Positions 9,752 to 19,994 of a DNA stretch of 64,000 nt are shown here, piece by piece (positions within the stretch are counted from its first letter, which is position 1; the number at the start of each line of letters is the position of its first letter). The stretch is from an uncultured virus (IMG/VR IMGVR_UViG_3300022929_002303) (taxonomy: Duplodnaviria; Heunggongvirae; Uroviricota; Caudoviricetes). The notes beneath the pieces were generated by a model, which was not told where the DNA came from, made no database searches, and was given only the letters and a program-made list of their open reading frames with translations. The stretch is from IMG/VR virus record IMGVR_UViG_3300022929_002303; one strand, given 5' to 3'. A program made the translations under genes and the position numbers.

Positions 9752-12700
9752 ATGGATTTTAAAGACATCTTAAACAAATTCGACAAAGCATCAAAAGAAG
9801 AATCTATTGTCGAAACTACTCCTAAAAGACCAGCAAACATGTTGACTGAATCAACAGAGTCTGGTGAAGTTGTAGAAGTTGTTGAAGGAGTTCAAGTACC
9901 TTCATTAAAAAATATGTTTGAAGAACTTTCACTAGAACCAGCAAAGCCTGGTGCACAAACAATTCATAAAGACGGTGAAGTAATCGGAACTGTTTCTAAT
10001 CCAGCAGTTGCTAATCAAATGTCACAAGCAATCGACAAAGGCGAATTACAAATCGGTCAAGAAATGCAAGAAGCAGAACAACTTGACGAACTTGCTCCTT
10101 TAGCGGCATTAGGGCCAGCACTTATGACTGGTGCTAGAGTGGCAGGTCCTTGGTTAGCAAAACGTGGCGCTCAAATGATTAGTGGAGTCGCCAGAGGCGC
10201 AGGTAACTATGCTAAAAAGAACCCAATCAAAACTGCTGTAGGTACAGGGGTAGCCGGCACAGAGCAAGGTAGAGAACTTGCAGGCAACGTCAAAGACGGC
10301 GCTGTCGGAATGTATAACTTAACCAACACAACATTTGAAAAAATGAATGATATGATCGATTCAGGTAAACACACGTTTGACCAAGCCTCTCAAAAAATTG
10401 CAGACTTAGGTGACGGCGCAGGTGGTATGATTAGAGGCGCAATCGGTGATGCCGCATTTGATACAGTTAAAAGAACAGCATCAACATATGGTCTTCCTTT
10501 ACTAGCCGCAGTAGCATTACTATACGGCGGAAAGAAAGTTTTAGATAAAGTAATGGACAAAGACGAAGATACTGTTAGAGAAGCAAAAGATTGGATCTCG
10601 GGTGCTATCAAAGACCCAGGTGCATTCTCAGCAAAAGCAAAAAGACATGGAATGACAACTAAAGCATTTGCTAATCACGTATTAGCAAACAAAGATGATT
10701 TCCCTGCAAAAACAGAAAAACAAGCAAATCTTGCTAAAACATTAGGCAAGATGAAAGAGGGCGAAATGCCCCCACAAGGTCCAGGACAAGCATCTCCTTT
10801 AACATTTGAAGGTGCTCAAAATCCACCGGATGACGGTTCACATAATTCATCTAACGATGAAAAAGGCAACGCCGCGGCAAACGCCGCATTGGCAGCCAAC
10901 GATGCTGATACACCGCAACTTGTAAAAGAAAAAGCAAAAGGTAAAGTAAGCAAGTCGAGTAAATTACCTAGTATTTCAAAAGTGAAATCTATGTGTAACG
11001 AAGGGCTGTCTACTAAAGAAATACAACAACTGCACCCTAAGTGCAACCAACAAGAACTTAATATTATGATTAAAAATACTAAAACAAACTTAAAAGAAGG
11101 CGCAGATCACATTCTGAAGGCCGCAAAGCACATGGGTCATGCTCATGGTTTATGTAAAGGATCTTATGCATGTCCACATGATGCAGGTTCTGAAGGTGCA
11201 AGAGCATACCACGAAGGCTACAAAAAAGGTCTTGACGAAGCATGTGGCATGGGAATCAAAAACGAACCAATCGCAGGTATGGAAGAAGGCGTACTCGGTG
11301 GAGTAGGCGGTGCTATTGCAGGATCTAAATTAGGTGGCATGGCAGGCACAGCAATCGGTGGTTCAATCGGTGGCGTTCCTGGAGCAACTATAGGTAAGGC
11401 AGCAGGCGCGGCACTAGGTGGAATCGCAGGTGATAAATTAACAGGCGACGGCATCTTTGAAGAACCAGCAGATGAAGTTGTAGATACTATGGCATCTTAC
11501 GGTGCAATGGGCGAAGCAGAATCTTCACCAGACGGAGACGTTGGTGCTGATGATGACGGTGCATATGACAAATATGACTGGGACGCACAAACTGTAGCAC
11601 GTAAAGGCATTGACGAAGATGAAATGGAAGAAGGTAACGCATTTACAGGCGCAATGGCAGGAAAAGAAAAAGGTGAAAAGTTTACAGTAGGCGACAAAAC
11701 ATTTACAAAAACATCAGAAGCCGCTACATTAGAAGAAGATGAGTGGACTTTTGAGTCTTTAGAAAAAGAATTAAACTCACACTTAGTCGAAAGCACAGAA
11801 GAATCAAAAGAACAACTTGACGAAGGCTATACAATGTCTATTACTCAAGGCGAAGAAAATCAGCCAGACAGAGTAAGTGTTAATGCCACAGATGCAGAAG
11901 CAGACAAGTTAATCAAGTTTGTTAAAGACGTAGGCTTAGGTAACTATGGTGATGCAGAAGTATTAGATGCACCAGGTGAAGTTGCAGACGTATCATTTTA
12001 TGGTAGCCCTGAAGTAGAAGTAGAGCCTCAAAGTTCACACGATGACATGCTCAAGTTAATGGGTATTGTAGACGTAGACGGTGACTATGAAGATGAAGTA
12101 GAAGCACCCGGCGTAACAGACGTTGACGTACAAGTAGATGAAAAGTCATGTGACGAATGTGGTGGCGGACATAGCATGGAAGAAGGCTGTGGAGACAAAG
12201 CATACGAAGATCAAGGTTATGATGACAAAGAAGATGAGTCATTAGGTATGAGAACTGGTAAAGAATCAGGTAAAAAACAGTCTATGAAAGACCGTAGAGA
12301 TGATTCTTATGGTAAGTTCGGTAAACGTGACTCTGAACATAGAGATGTTTCATTAGAAGAACAAGAAAAAGATGCAGGATTATACGACAAGTATGATTGG
12401 GACGCATCTACAGTTGCTAAAAAAGGCATTGACGAAGAATCTGATGCTGAAAGAGACGATCATGCAGAACGTGCAGGTAAAGAAGTTGCACGACACGCAA
12501 AGTACGACGGTCGTAAGCACCCAGGAAGAGATGGTGAAGACATCGTTAAAGATTTAGAATACGATGACTGGAAAGATAAGCATCATATGGAAGAAGATCA
12601 AGGCTATGATGACAAAGAAGATGAGTCATTAGGTATGAGAACTGGTAAAGAGTCTGATAAGAAGCAAAGTATGAAAGATCGTAGAGATGATTCATATGGT

Positions 12701-13495
12701 AAGTTTGGTAAGAGAGATGAAGAACATAGAGAAAAATCTTTAGAAGAAACTCTTGCTCAGTTAGATGAACTTGCTCAGTTAGATGAAAAGCAAGGTTATG
12801 ATGACAGAGAAGACGAACAACTAGGTATGAAAGACGGCAAAGAATCTGATAAGAAACAATCAATGAAAGATCGCCGTGATGATTCACGTGGTAAGTTTGG
12901 TAAAAGAGATAAAGAAGATGACAATAAACCTCGTTCTTTAGAAGAAAATCTTAGAACTTTAGACTTATTAGCAGAAGTAGGCGCAGAAACTTCAGAAGAA
13001 CCTACTCAACCATTATCACAACATGATGATGAGAGACTTTTAACTAAAGAAGGCGCAGAGGATGCCCCTAAGGACTCTATAAACGATGGTGAGAACGAAG
13101 AAATCACTGAGATGGAAACTGATGCTCAAAGAGAATTCAAAGTAGCAGAAGGTGAAGATAAGCCAGACTTTGCTGACATCGATGATGATGGCGACAAAGA
13201 TGAGTCTATGAAAAAAGCCGCTAAAGATAAGAAAGAAAAAGTTGATGAATGGGCAAATGATGCAGGTAAGAAAGGTACTGATACAGCATTTGAACAAGAC
13301 ATTGAGTTTATGACTAAAGTTATCTCTGGTGGTCTTAACAAGCAGAAGTCAACAGGTCAAACAACTATCCCAGTTATTGCTGGTCAAGAAGACAGAATGG
13401 GATATAATGGTGCTGACGTTGTTAAAGAGGGTTCTGTTGTTTCATCTAATGGATTCGCAACTATTTTAAACAAGTTAGATAGTATCAAAGAATAA
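9752..13495 (+). CDS. Large acidic modular internal-head/scaffold-like polyprotein
   Basis: 1247 aa, E/D/K/G-rich; short modules bounded by LDE/MEE/LKE/IDE; internal repeats, glycine-zipper and hydrophobic segments. Confidence 0.6.
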   Translation: MDFKDILNKFDKASKEESIVETTPKRPANMLTESTESGEVVEVVEGVQVPSLKNMFEELSLEPAKPGAQTIHKDGEVIGTVSNPAVANQMSQAIDKGELQIGQEMQEAEQLDELAPLAALGPALMTGARVAGPWLAKRGAQMISGVARGAGNYAKKNPIKTAVGTGVAGTEQGRELAGNVKDGAVGMYNLTNTTFEKMNDMIDSGKHTFDQASQKIADLGDGAGGMIRGAIGDAAFDTVKRTASTYGLPLLAAVALLYGGKKVLDKVMDKDEDTVREAKDWISGAIKDPGAFSAKAKRHGMTTKAFANHVLANKDDFPAKTEKQANLAKTLGKMKEGEMPPQGPGQASPLTFEGAQNPPDDGSHNSSNDEKGNAAANAALAANDADTPQLVKEKAKGKVSKSSKLPSISKVKSMCNEGLSTKEIQQLHPKCNQQELNIMIKNTKTNLKEGADHILKAAKHMGHAHGLCKGSYACPHDAGSEGARAYHEGYKKGLDEACGMGIKNEPIAGMEEGVLGGVGGAIAGSKLGGMAGTAIGGSIGGVPGATIGKAAGAALGGIAGDKLTGDGIFEEPADEVVDTMASYGAMGEAESSPDGDVGADDDGAYDKYDWDAQTVARKGIDEDEMEEGNAFTGAMAGKEKGEKFTVGDKTFTKTSEAATLEEDEWTFESLEKELNSHLVESTEESKEQLDEGYTMSITQGEENQPDRVSVNATDAEADKLIKFVKDVGLGNYGDAEVLDAPGEVADVSFYGSPEVEVEPQSSHDDMLKLMGIVDVDGDYEDEVEAPGVTDVDVQVDEKSCDECGGGHSMEEGCGDKAYEDQGYDDKEDESLGMRTGKESGKKQSMKDRRDDSYGKFGKRDSEHRDVSLEEQEKDAGLYDKYDWDASTVAKKGIDEESDAERDDHAERAGKEVARHAKYDGRKHPGRDGEDIVKDLEYDDWKDKHHMEEDQGYDDKEDESLGMRTGKESDKKQSMKDRRDDSYGKFGKRDEEHREKSLEETLAQLDELAQLDEKQGYDDREDEQLGMKDGKESDKKQSMKDRRDDSRGKFGKRDKEDDNKPRSLEENLRTLDLLAEVGAETSEEPTQPLSQHDDERLLTKEGAEDAPKDSINDGENEEITEMETDAQREFKVAEGEDKPDFADIDDDGDKDESMKKAAKDKKEKVDEWANDAGKKGTDTAFEQDIEFMTKVISGGLNKQKSTGQTTIPVIAGQEDRMGYNGADVVKEGSVVSSNGFATILNKLDSIKE
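12206..12915 (+). repeat. Three copies of a ~42-aa coding repeat (EDQGYDDKEDESLGMRTGKES.KKQSMKDRRDDSYGKFGKRD)
   Basis: Copies start near 12206, 12593 and 12785; there is also an exact 18-nt tandem CTTGCTCAGTTAGATGAA x2 at 12752-12787. Confidence 0.9.
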
Positions 13496-13518
13496 AAATA
13501 AAACGTTGTACCCCGTTT

Positions 13519-13547
13519 AAATACCCGGCTCTGTCGGGTATTTTTTT
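13519..13547 (+). terminator. Rho-independent terminator
   Basis: AAATACCCGGC-TCT-GTCGGGTATTTTTTT. Confidence 0.85.
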
Positions 13548-13571
13548 ATCTAAGTAATAAGAACTAAGATT

Positions 13572-13579
13572 GATAAATA
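13572..13579 (+). promoter_or_regulatory. Late promoter GATAAATA
   Basis: Upstream of the fibre gene. Confidence 0.75.
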
Positions 13580-13601
13580 CTAATATTAGGATAGAATTAC
13601 T

Positions 13602-16600
13602 ATGGCACAAAGAAATATTGACTTCGGAGCATTCCCTGACGATCCAGATGCAGATGCAATACGATCGGCGTTTGAAAAAGTTCAGTTAAATTTTACAGAA
13701 GTATTTGCAGGACTAGGTGATCAAGCAGTTGTCTCAGTCAATAAAACTGCAGGACCTGGCATATATTTAGTTAATGGTTCTCCAGTAGGTAATGTTGTAT
13801 TAGGTGCAAACATTGCTTGTGTACAGTTTTCTTCAACAACATTATCAGTAGGTCGTTCACCGGGTACAGGTCCAGGTTCTGCGACTATTACTGATTCTAC
13901 TCAAACATTATATATTGATTTACCTAACACAATAGCAAACGTTACTGACGTTGTAGTATCAAATAGTGTACAAGGCAACGCAATTATAGGTAATCTATCA
14001 GGTGATTTTGGATACGTATTAGCAAATGCATCATCTGGAAATGGTAATATAGATGCTAACAATATAACATTGACAGGTGCTGTTGTAGCATCTAATGTTA
14101 GTGGTAATGGTGCTGGGTTATCAGCACTCACAGGTTCAAATGTAACTGGACAAGTAGGGAACGCATTAGTTGCAGGTACAGTGTACACTGCGGCGCAACC
14201 TAACATTACTTCAGTAGGAACTTTAACAACACTAGATGTAATGTCAACAGTAACTGCAACAGCATTTACTGCAAATACAGGTTTATTTACTGGCGACGGC
14301 GGTGGTTTATCAAACATCGTTGGTGCAAATGTAACAGGAGAAGTTACTAACTCTGCGACAGCAAACGCAGTAGCAGGCGCAAACGTAAGTGGAGAAGTAG
14401 CATTCTCCGCAGTAGCAAATTCAGTAGCAGGATCAAATGTATCTGGTGCAGTCTCATTCGCAACAACTGCTAATGCAGTCGCCGGAGCAAATGTCTCTGG
14501 TGAAGTCGCATTTGCCGCTACAGCAAATAGTGTTGCTGGCGCAAACATATCAGGCGAAGTTGCATTCGCCGCTACTGCTAATTCAGTTGCAGGTTCTAAT
14601 GTCAGCGGCGAAGTATCATTTGCACAAGTAGCAAATTCAGTCGCAGGTGCAAACGTAACAGGTGAAGTAAGTTTTGCAAGTACTGCAAATAGTGTTGCAG
14701 GAGCAAATGTCTCAGGCGCAGTAGCCAATGCTACACATGCATTATCAGCAGACTCAGCAAATGCAGTAGCAGGTGCTAACGTAACTGGTGAAGTAGGTTT
14801 TGCGGCTGTTTCAAATTCAGTAGCAGGATCAAATGTTTCAGGTGAAGTCGGATTTGCCGCAGTTGCTAATAGTGTTGCTGGTGCAAATGTAACTGGTGAA
14901 GTATCAAATGCCGCAACTGCAAATGCAGTCGATGGCGCCAACGTATCGGGTACGGTTGCAAATGCTACACATGCAACCACAGCAAATACGGTAGTTGATG
15001 CGGTACAATCAAATATTACAACTGTAGGTACATTAAGTTCATTAGATGTATCAGGCAATCTTAGTGCTGGCAATGTAACAACAACTGGTACATTTACTGG
15101 TGATGGTGGTGGTTTATCAAACATCTCTGTATCAACAGGATCTTATATCGAAAACGGTACAAGTGAAGCAAGACTTGACACTGACGGTCCTTTCAGAGTT
15201 ACAGTTGGTGGAACTGCAAACGTATTACAAGTTAACAATACAGGTACAGAAGTAGCAGTAACAGGCTCAATGTCTGTATCAGGTGGATTTGATAACAACA
15301 TAGACTTTAACAGCACATCTAATTTAGGGCCAGTAGGCAACGTAACAATTACAGGTGGTGCTACTGGAGCATTCTTAATGACAGATGGCTCTGGTACTTT
15401 AACATGGGACACAGCAACTTTAGTTCCAGCACAAGGCGCAGATACACAAATTATATTCAATGACGGTGGAAGTACATATGCCGGTAACACTGGACTAACG
15501 TTCAATAAAACATCAGGTAATGTGGCAATACCAGGCAACTTAGCAGTAACAAGTGCTGTATCTGGTACAACACTTGAAGGAAGTTTATTAACAAATGCAC
15601 AACCAAACATTACAAGCCTTGGTACATTAACAAGTTTAATTTTAAGTGGTAATCTCAATACTAACAGTGATCTTATCACTAACGCAGGTAACATTACAAT
15701 TGCTAGTGGTACAGGATCATTTATAGGAAATGGTGCAGGATTAACAAATATTACAGGAGCAAACGTAAGTGAAGTTCCTTTAGCAACATTAGCAACTACT
15801 GCTACAACAGCAAACGCAGTTGCAGGTGCTAATGTATCAGGAGAAGTTCCCTTTGCACAAGTAGCCAATTCAGTTGCTGGTGCAAATGTTTCAGGCGAAG
15901 TTGCATTCGCCGCTACTGCTAACTCAGTAGCAGGTGCTAACGTTTCTGGAGCAGTTGCAAGTGCTACTACAGCAACAACTGCCACAACAGCAGATACCGT
16001 AACAACAGCATCACAACCCAACATCACTAGTGTTGGAACGTTATCGTCATTATCTGTTACAGGTAATGTGTCTGCAGGAAATGTATCGGGCACTGGTGGT
16101 GTCTTTACATACGTATCAGGAGATGGCGCTAACTTAACAGCAATAGACGGACAACAAGTTACAGGTGAAGTAGACTTTGCACAAGTAGCAAATAGTGTCG
16201 CAGGTGCTAATGTATCAGGGACTGTCGCATTAGCAACAACCGCAGGAACTGTGTCTACATCAGCACAGCCAAACATCACATCTGTTGGAACTTTAACAGT
16301 ATTAGGTGTAAATGGTATTGTAACAGCACAATCGTTTACAGCAAATACAGGGTTATTTAACGGTGATGGTGGTGGACTATCTAATGTGGCGGCAGCCAAT
16401 ATTAGTGGTATAGTAGCAAACGCAACATATGCAACATCAGCAGGTAGTGCGGCATTAGCATTAGATATTACAGGAGCAACACAACCTAATATTACTAGTG
16501 TAGGCACACTAACAAGTTTAACAGTGTCTGGTAACATAACTAACCAGACTCACATTATTAAAGATGTAACAACCGCAACAGCAGGTGGCACCGATCAATC

Positions 16601-16871
16601 AGGAGCAACAGCATTAAGTGGAGCAGATATATTCTCAGTTACTACACCTAGCAATAACAACGGTGTTAGATTGATGGCTGCTACTCCTGGCTTATGTATA
16701 TACATCAAAAATTTAGATCCAACAGATACATTAAAAGTATATCCAGCATCTAATGATGCGATTGACGGTAACGGAACTAATGGAGCAATGTCAATAGGTC
16801 CTTTAGGACAAATTCAATTTGTAGCCCACAGTTCATCACAATGGTATACTGTCGGCGCAACATATGCATAA
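13602..16871 (+). CDS. Long repetitive tail fibre / virion fibre protein
   Basis: N-terminal 'NID.G..PDD..AD.IR.AF.K...NF.E' fibre-anchor motif; A/G/S/T/N/V-rich repeats. Confidence 0.8.
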   Translation: MAQRNIDFGAFPDDPDADAIRSAFEKVQLNFTEVFAGLGDQAVVSVNKTAGPGIYLVNGSPVGNVVLGANIACVQFSSTTLSVGRSPGTGPGSATITDSTQTLYIDLPNTIANVTDVVVSNSVQGNAIIGNLSGDFGYVLANASSGNGNIDANNITLTGAVVASNVSGNGAGLSALTGSNVTGQVGNALVAGTVYTAAQPNITSVGTLTTLDVMSTVTATAFTANTGLFTGDGGGLSNIVGANVTGEVTNSATANAVAGANVSGEVAFSAVANSVAGSNVSGAVSFATTANAVAGANVSGEVAFAATANSVAGANISGEVAFAATANSVAGSNVSGEVSFAQVANSVAGANVTGEVSFASTANSVAGANVSGAVANATHALSADSANAVAGANVTGEVGFAAVSNSVAGSNVSGEVGFAAVANSVAGANVTGEVSNAATANAVDGANVSGTVANATHATTANTVVDAVQSNITTVGTLSSLDVSGNLSAGNVTTTGTFTGDGGGLSNISVSTGSYIENGTSEARLDTDGPFRVTVGGTANVLQVNNTGTEVAVTGSMSVSGGFDNNIDFNSTSNLGPVGNVTITGGATGAFLMTDGSGTLTWDTATLVPAQGADTQIIFNDGGSTYAGNTGLTFNKTSGNVAIPGNLAVTSAVSGTTLEGSLLTNAQPNITSLGTLTSLILSGNLNTNSDLITNAGNITIASGTGSFIGNGAGLTNITGANVSEVPLATLATTATTANAVAGANVSGEVPFAQVANSVAGANVSGEVAFAATANSVAGANVSGAVASATTATTATTADTVTTASQPNITSVGTLSSLSVTGNVSAGNVSGTGGVFTYVSGDGANLTAIDGQQVTGEVDFAQVANSVAGANVSGTVALATTAGTVSTSAQPNITSVGTLTVLGVNGIVTAQSFTANTGLFNGDGGGLSNVAAANISGIVANATYATSAGSAALALDITGATQPNITSVGTLTSLTVSGNITNQTHIIKDVTTATAGGTDQSGATALSGADIFSVTTPSNNNGVRLMAATPGLCIYIKNLDPTDTLKVYPASNDAIDGNGTNGAMSIGPLGQIQFVAHSSSQWYTVGATYA
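14320..16230 (+). repeat. 18-aa coding repeats (ANSVAGANVSGEVAFAAT) and QPNITSVGTL repeats in the fibre
   Basis: About 12 near-tandem copies at ~14320-14960 and more at ~15810-15960 and ~16190; synonymous codons have diverged between copies. Confidence 0.9.
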
Positions 16872-16903
16872 TGTTTTGCATCTTTAGAAAGGATAAAAAA
16901 CAA

Positions 16904-17365
16904 ATGAAATTATCAAAGAATTTTACACTCACAGAGTTTGAAAAAAGTCAAACTGCTATACGTCAGGGTTTAGATAACACTATGCCTGAAGAACATTTAG
17001 AAAATGCAAAAGCATTATGTGAAAACGTATTACAAAAAGTAAGAGATCATTTTGGACCTGTAATTATTAATAGTGGATATCGTGGATCTGCTCTTAATAA
17101 AGCAGTAGGTGGAAGTGCAAAATCACAACACTGTAAGGGTCAAGCCGCAGACATAGAAATACATGGAGTATCTAATTACGATCTTGCTAAATGGATTGAA
17201 AAAAATACAGATTTTGATCAAGTAATTTTAGAATTCTACACTCCGGGTATACCTGATTCAGGTTGGGTGCATGTTACTTACAATACTGCAGGTAATAGAG
17301 GCAAGTCTTTAACTGCATCTAAAGTCGATGGCAGAACACATTATTCTTTAGGTCTCACTAAATGA
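16904..17365 (+). CDS. Peptidase M15A family peptidoglycan hydrolase (endolysin or virion-associated)
   Basis: 'MKLSKNFTL.EF.KS...SGYR...LN.AVGG...SQH..G.AADI...W.H'. Start re-called to ATG 16904 (SD AAGGA). Confidence 0.88.
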   Translation: MKLSKNFTLTEFEKSQTAIRQGLDNTMPEEHLENAKALCENVLQKVRDHFGPVIINSGYRGSALNKAVGGSAKSQHCKGQAADIEIHGVSNYDLAKWIEKNTDFDQVILEFYTPGIPDSGWVHVTYNTAGNRGKSLTASKVDGRTHYSLGLTK

Positions 17366-19986
17366 GTAATCATCCTGAGTGGGTAACACCAGCCGGAAGT
17401 ATAGGCGCATTCCCGTCTCAAGTTCCTATGACATTTACGTTTGTAGCAACCCCAGAACTTCCTGCAACAGCAATTACTTACGCAGTATTGAGCGGAAGCA
17501 TACCCTCAGGATTATCATTAGATAGTGAAACTGGAATATTATCAGGTACACCTGCAACTGTGGGTGCAGACACTACTTACAATTTTTCTATTAGAGCAAC
17601 AGACGATTATCTAGGTGATACACAACGTATTATGGATAGAACATTTAGTATGATTATTAGTGGTGTTGCAACACCTGAATTTACTACTCCTGCAGGTACT
17701 ATTTTAAATTCAAACGACAGTGTATGGAGAGAATTGCAGATAGAATATACAAATCCAGTAACGACTAATCCAATATCTATTAGGAAAATTCAAGGAACAT
17801 TGCCTCCTGGATTAGAAATTAATGAATCAGGATTAATTAGAGGTTATCCTGAACCACCCGTCATTAGTGTTAATTATAGTACTGTTAATACATCAGTATT
17901 AGCCATATCATCAAACGTTTTGACAGTATTGAGTACAACAGGATTTATTAAAGAAAGGCCTATTATATTTAATGGTGCAGTTTATGGGGACATTGTAGCA
18001 AATAGAGTATATTATGTCAAAGATATTTTAAGTGCAACTACATTTACAATATCATCAGCACGTGGCGGAGCAGAAGAAATTTTATCAGATGGCGTAGGAA
18101 CATTTGGAGCATTATTACCACAAATACAAACAGGTGAGCCTACTGTACAAACATATTCATTTACATTAGAATTAGTATCACCATTAGGAAATGCATTAGA
18201 ATCATATAATATTATTATTGCAAATCAAAATGCGCCGATAAGTGCAGGAGGTCCTGGCCTTCCACCAAACAGCAGAATACCTAGTGTCTTAAATACAAGA
18301 CCACAAACATTTGATGTTGCAACCAATGATCCAACTAACTATGGTTATTATGTATTTCCTAATGATGATCCAAATACTACGTATTCACCAAGTGAAGAAG
18401 CAAATATAGGAACCTTTCAAAGTGGAGAATATTTTGCATGGAGAATGTTAGGAAAAGATTTTGATGGCAATGCTTTAGAATATCGATACACTGATCTACC
18501 TTTAGGATTAGTAGGAGATTCAGTGACTGGATGGATAACAGGAACGCCTGTAATTGCTGATAATAGTATTTCAAATTATACATTTAGTGTTAATGTAAGA
18601 AAAGCAAGTTTTACATCTATACAAAGTTCCACATTTAAATTTAAAATGACTGTTACAAATGATATATTAGGAGTAATCAATTGGACAACACCTAATGATC
18701 TTGGTAAAATGAATAACAGTGAAACATCTATTTTAGCGGTTAATGCAACAAGTGATGTAGAACTTGAATATAGAGTTACGAGCGGCACATTACCTCCCAA
18801 CTTACAATTGTTAAGCAATGGTGAAATATCAGGTAAAGTAGCATATCAACCCAATGATACATTTACAGAACCAAACGCAGAAACACCGTTTACATTTACA
18901 ATCGAAGCATATTCGCCTTTTTATCCTGTGATTAATTCTACAAGAACGTTTACATTAACTATCGTACAAGAATTTATTCAACCCACAGATACTTTATATA
19001 TTAAATGTGTACCAAATGTTGCAGATAGGAATATTATTAATTCATTACTTAACAATACAATGATTTTCCCTGAACAAGATTTGTATAGGCCAGAAGACGT
19101 AAACTTTGGTAAAGCAACTAATATTACATATGAACATGCGTATGGTATATATGCAAGTGATTTTGAAGAATATGTAGCCGCTATTGACAAGAATCATTAT
19201 TGGAGATATATTACATTAGGTGAATTAAAAACAGCAGTTGCAAAAAATTCTGCTGGAGAAATAGTTTATGAAGTAGTTTATTCTCAAATACAAGATGATC
19301 TAATAAACCCAAAAGGCAAAAGCATCAGTGAAGAAATTTTATGGCCTAGAAGTATACCACTTAATAAAGGACCATGGTACACAAGTGTAACAGATATCTA
19401 CACAAGTTATATAGATACAACCCCCGACGGACAACAAATACAAACAGAAGAAACGTTTGAAGAACAATTAATCGTTTCAGAAACTGAATTACCTTTGTTA
19501 ACAGAAACAAGTCAACCAGCATATTATACAAGTTTAACTCCTGAATTTGCAAGAGCATTGTATCCTAATTCATTGCCAAACATGAGAGACAGAGCAGGAC
19601 AGAACTTAGGACAAGAATTTGACTTTAGACTTCTTCCTGAATGGATGACTAGTCAACAAGCAAACGGTTCGACTTTAGGATATACTCCCGCTTGGGTTCT
19701 TGCTTATTGTAAGCCGGGTACCGCTGATACAATTAAAAACAATATTGAAACTTTATGGGTAGATCCTTTAGGTAAACCATACACATTGAACACAATTAAC
19801 TTCCAGTTAGACAGAATTACAGTTAATAAATCTACTACGTTTGACTATGATAATAACACTAGTCCGCCCGCATGGACAGGATTACCTAGTGCATCTCCAG
19901 AACCTAATCCTATTGATTCTGAAGACTTTCATGTTTTATTTCCTAGAAGAACTGTTTTACCAGACGAAGGAAATGTATCTGGATAA
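17362..19986 (+). CDS. Baseplate wedge-like virion protein with putative Ig (He_PIG-like) domains
   Basis: Repeated 'SG.LP.GL.L...G.I.G.P' Ig-like motifs; ATGA overlap with the peptidase gene. Confidence 0.7.
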   Translation: MSNHPEWVTPAGSIGAFPSQVPMTFTFVATPELPATAITYAVLSGSIPSGLSLDSETGILSGTPATVGADTTYNFSIRATDDYLGDTQRIMDRTFSMIISGVATPEFTTPAGTILNSNDSVWRELQIEYTNPVTTNPISIRKIQGTLPPGLEINESGLIRGYPEPPVISVNYSTVNTSVLAISSNVLTVLSTTGFIKERPIIFNGAVYGDIVANRVYYVKDILSATTFTISSARGGAEEILSDGVGTFGALLPQIQTGEPTVQTYSFTLELVSPLGNALESYNIIIANQNAPISAGGPGLPPNSRIPSVLNTRPQTFDVATNDPTNYGYYVFPNDDPNTTYSPSEEANIGTFQSGEYFAWRMLGKDFDGNALEYRYTDLPLGLVGDSVTGWITGTPVIADNSISNYTFSVNVRKASFTSIQSSTFKFKMTVTNDILGVINWTTPNDLGKMNNSETSILAVNATSDVELEYRVTSGTLPPNLQLLSNGEISGKVAYQPNDTFTEPNAETPFTFTIEAYSPFYPVINSTRTFTLTIVQEFIQPTDTLYIKCVPNVADRNIINSLLNNTMIFPEQDLYRPEDVNFGKATNITYEHAYGIYASDFEEYVAAIDKNHYWRYITLGELKTAVAKNSAGEIVYEVVYSQIQDDLINPKGKSISEEILWPRSIPLNKGPWYTSVTDIYTSYIDTTPDGQQIQTEETFEEQLIVSETELPLLTETSQPAYYTSLTPEFARALYPNSLPNMRDRAGQNLGQEFDFRLLPEWMTSQQANGSTLGYTPAWVLAYCKPGTADTIKNNIETLWVDPLGKPYTLNTINFQLDRITVNKSTTFDYDNNTSPPAWTGLPSASPEPNPIDSEDFHVLFPRRTVLPDEGNVSG

Positions 19987-19994
19987 TTTGTGTT

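Noticed and set aside
12206..12915. Possible CRISPR-like or DGR template/variable repeat pair
   Set aside because: The repeats are in frame and differ mainly at synonymous positions, not specifically at adenines. There is no constant repeat/spacer period, and no RT or cas gene in the window.
13901..16537. Long minus-strand ORFs (407 and 464 aa) opposite the fibre gene
   Set aside because: Shadow ORFs caused by the GCN/GGN/ACN/GTN-rich repeats on the plus strand; no SD, promoter or motif.
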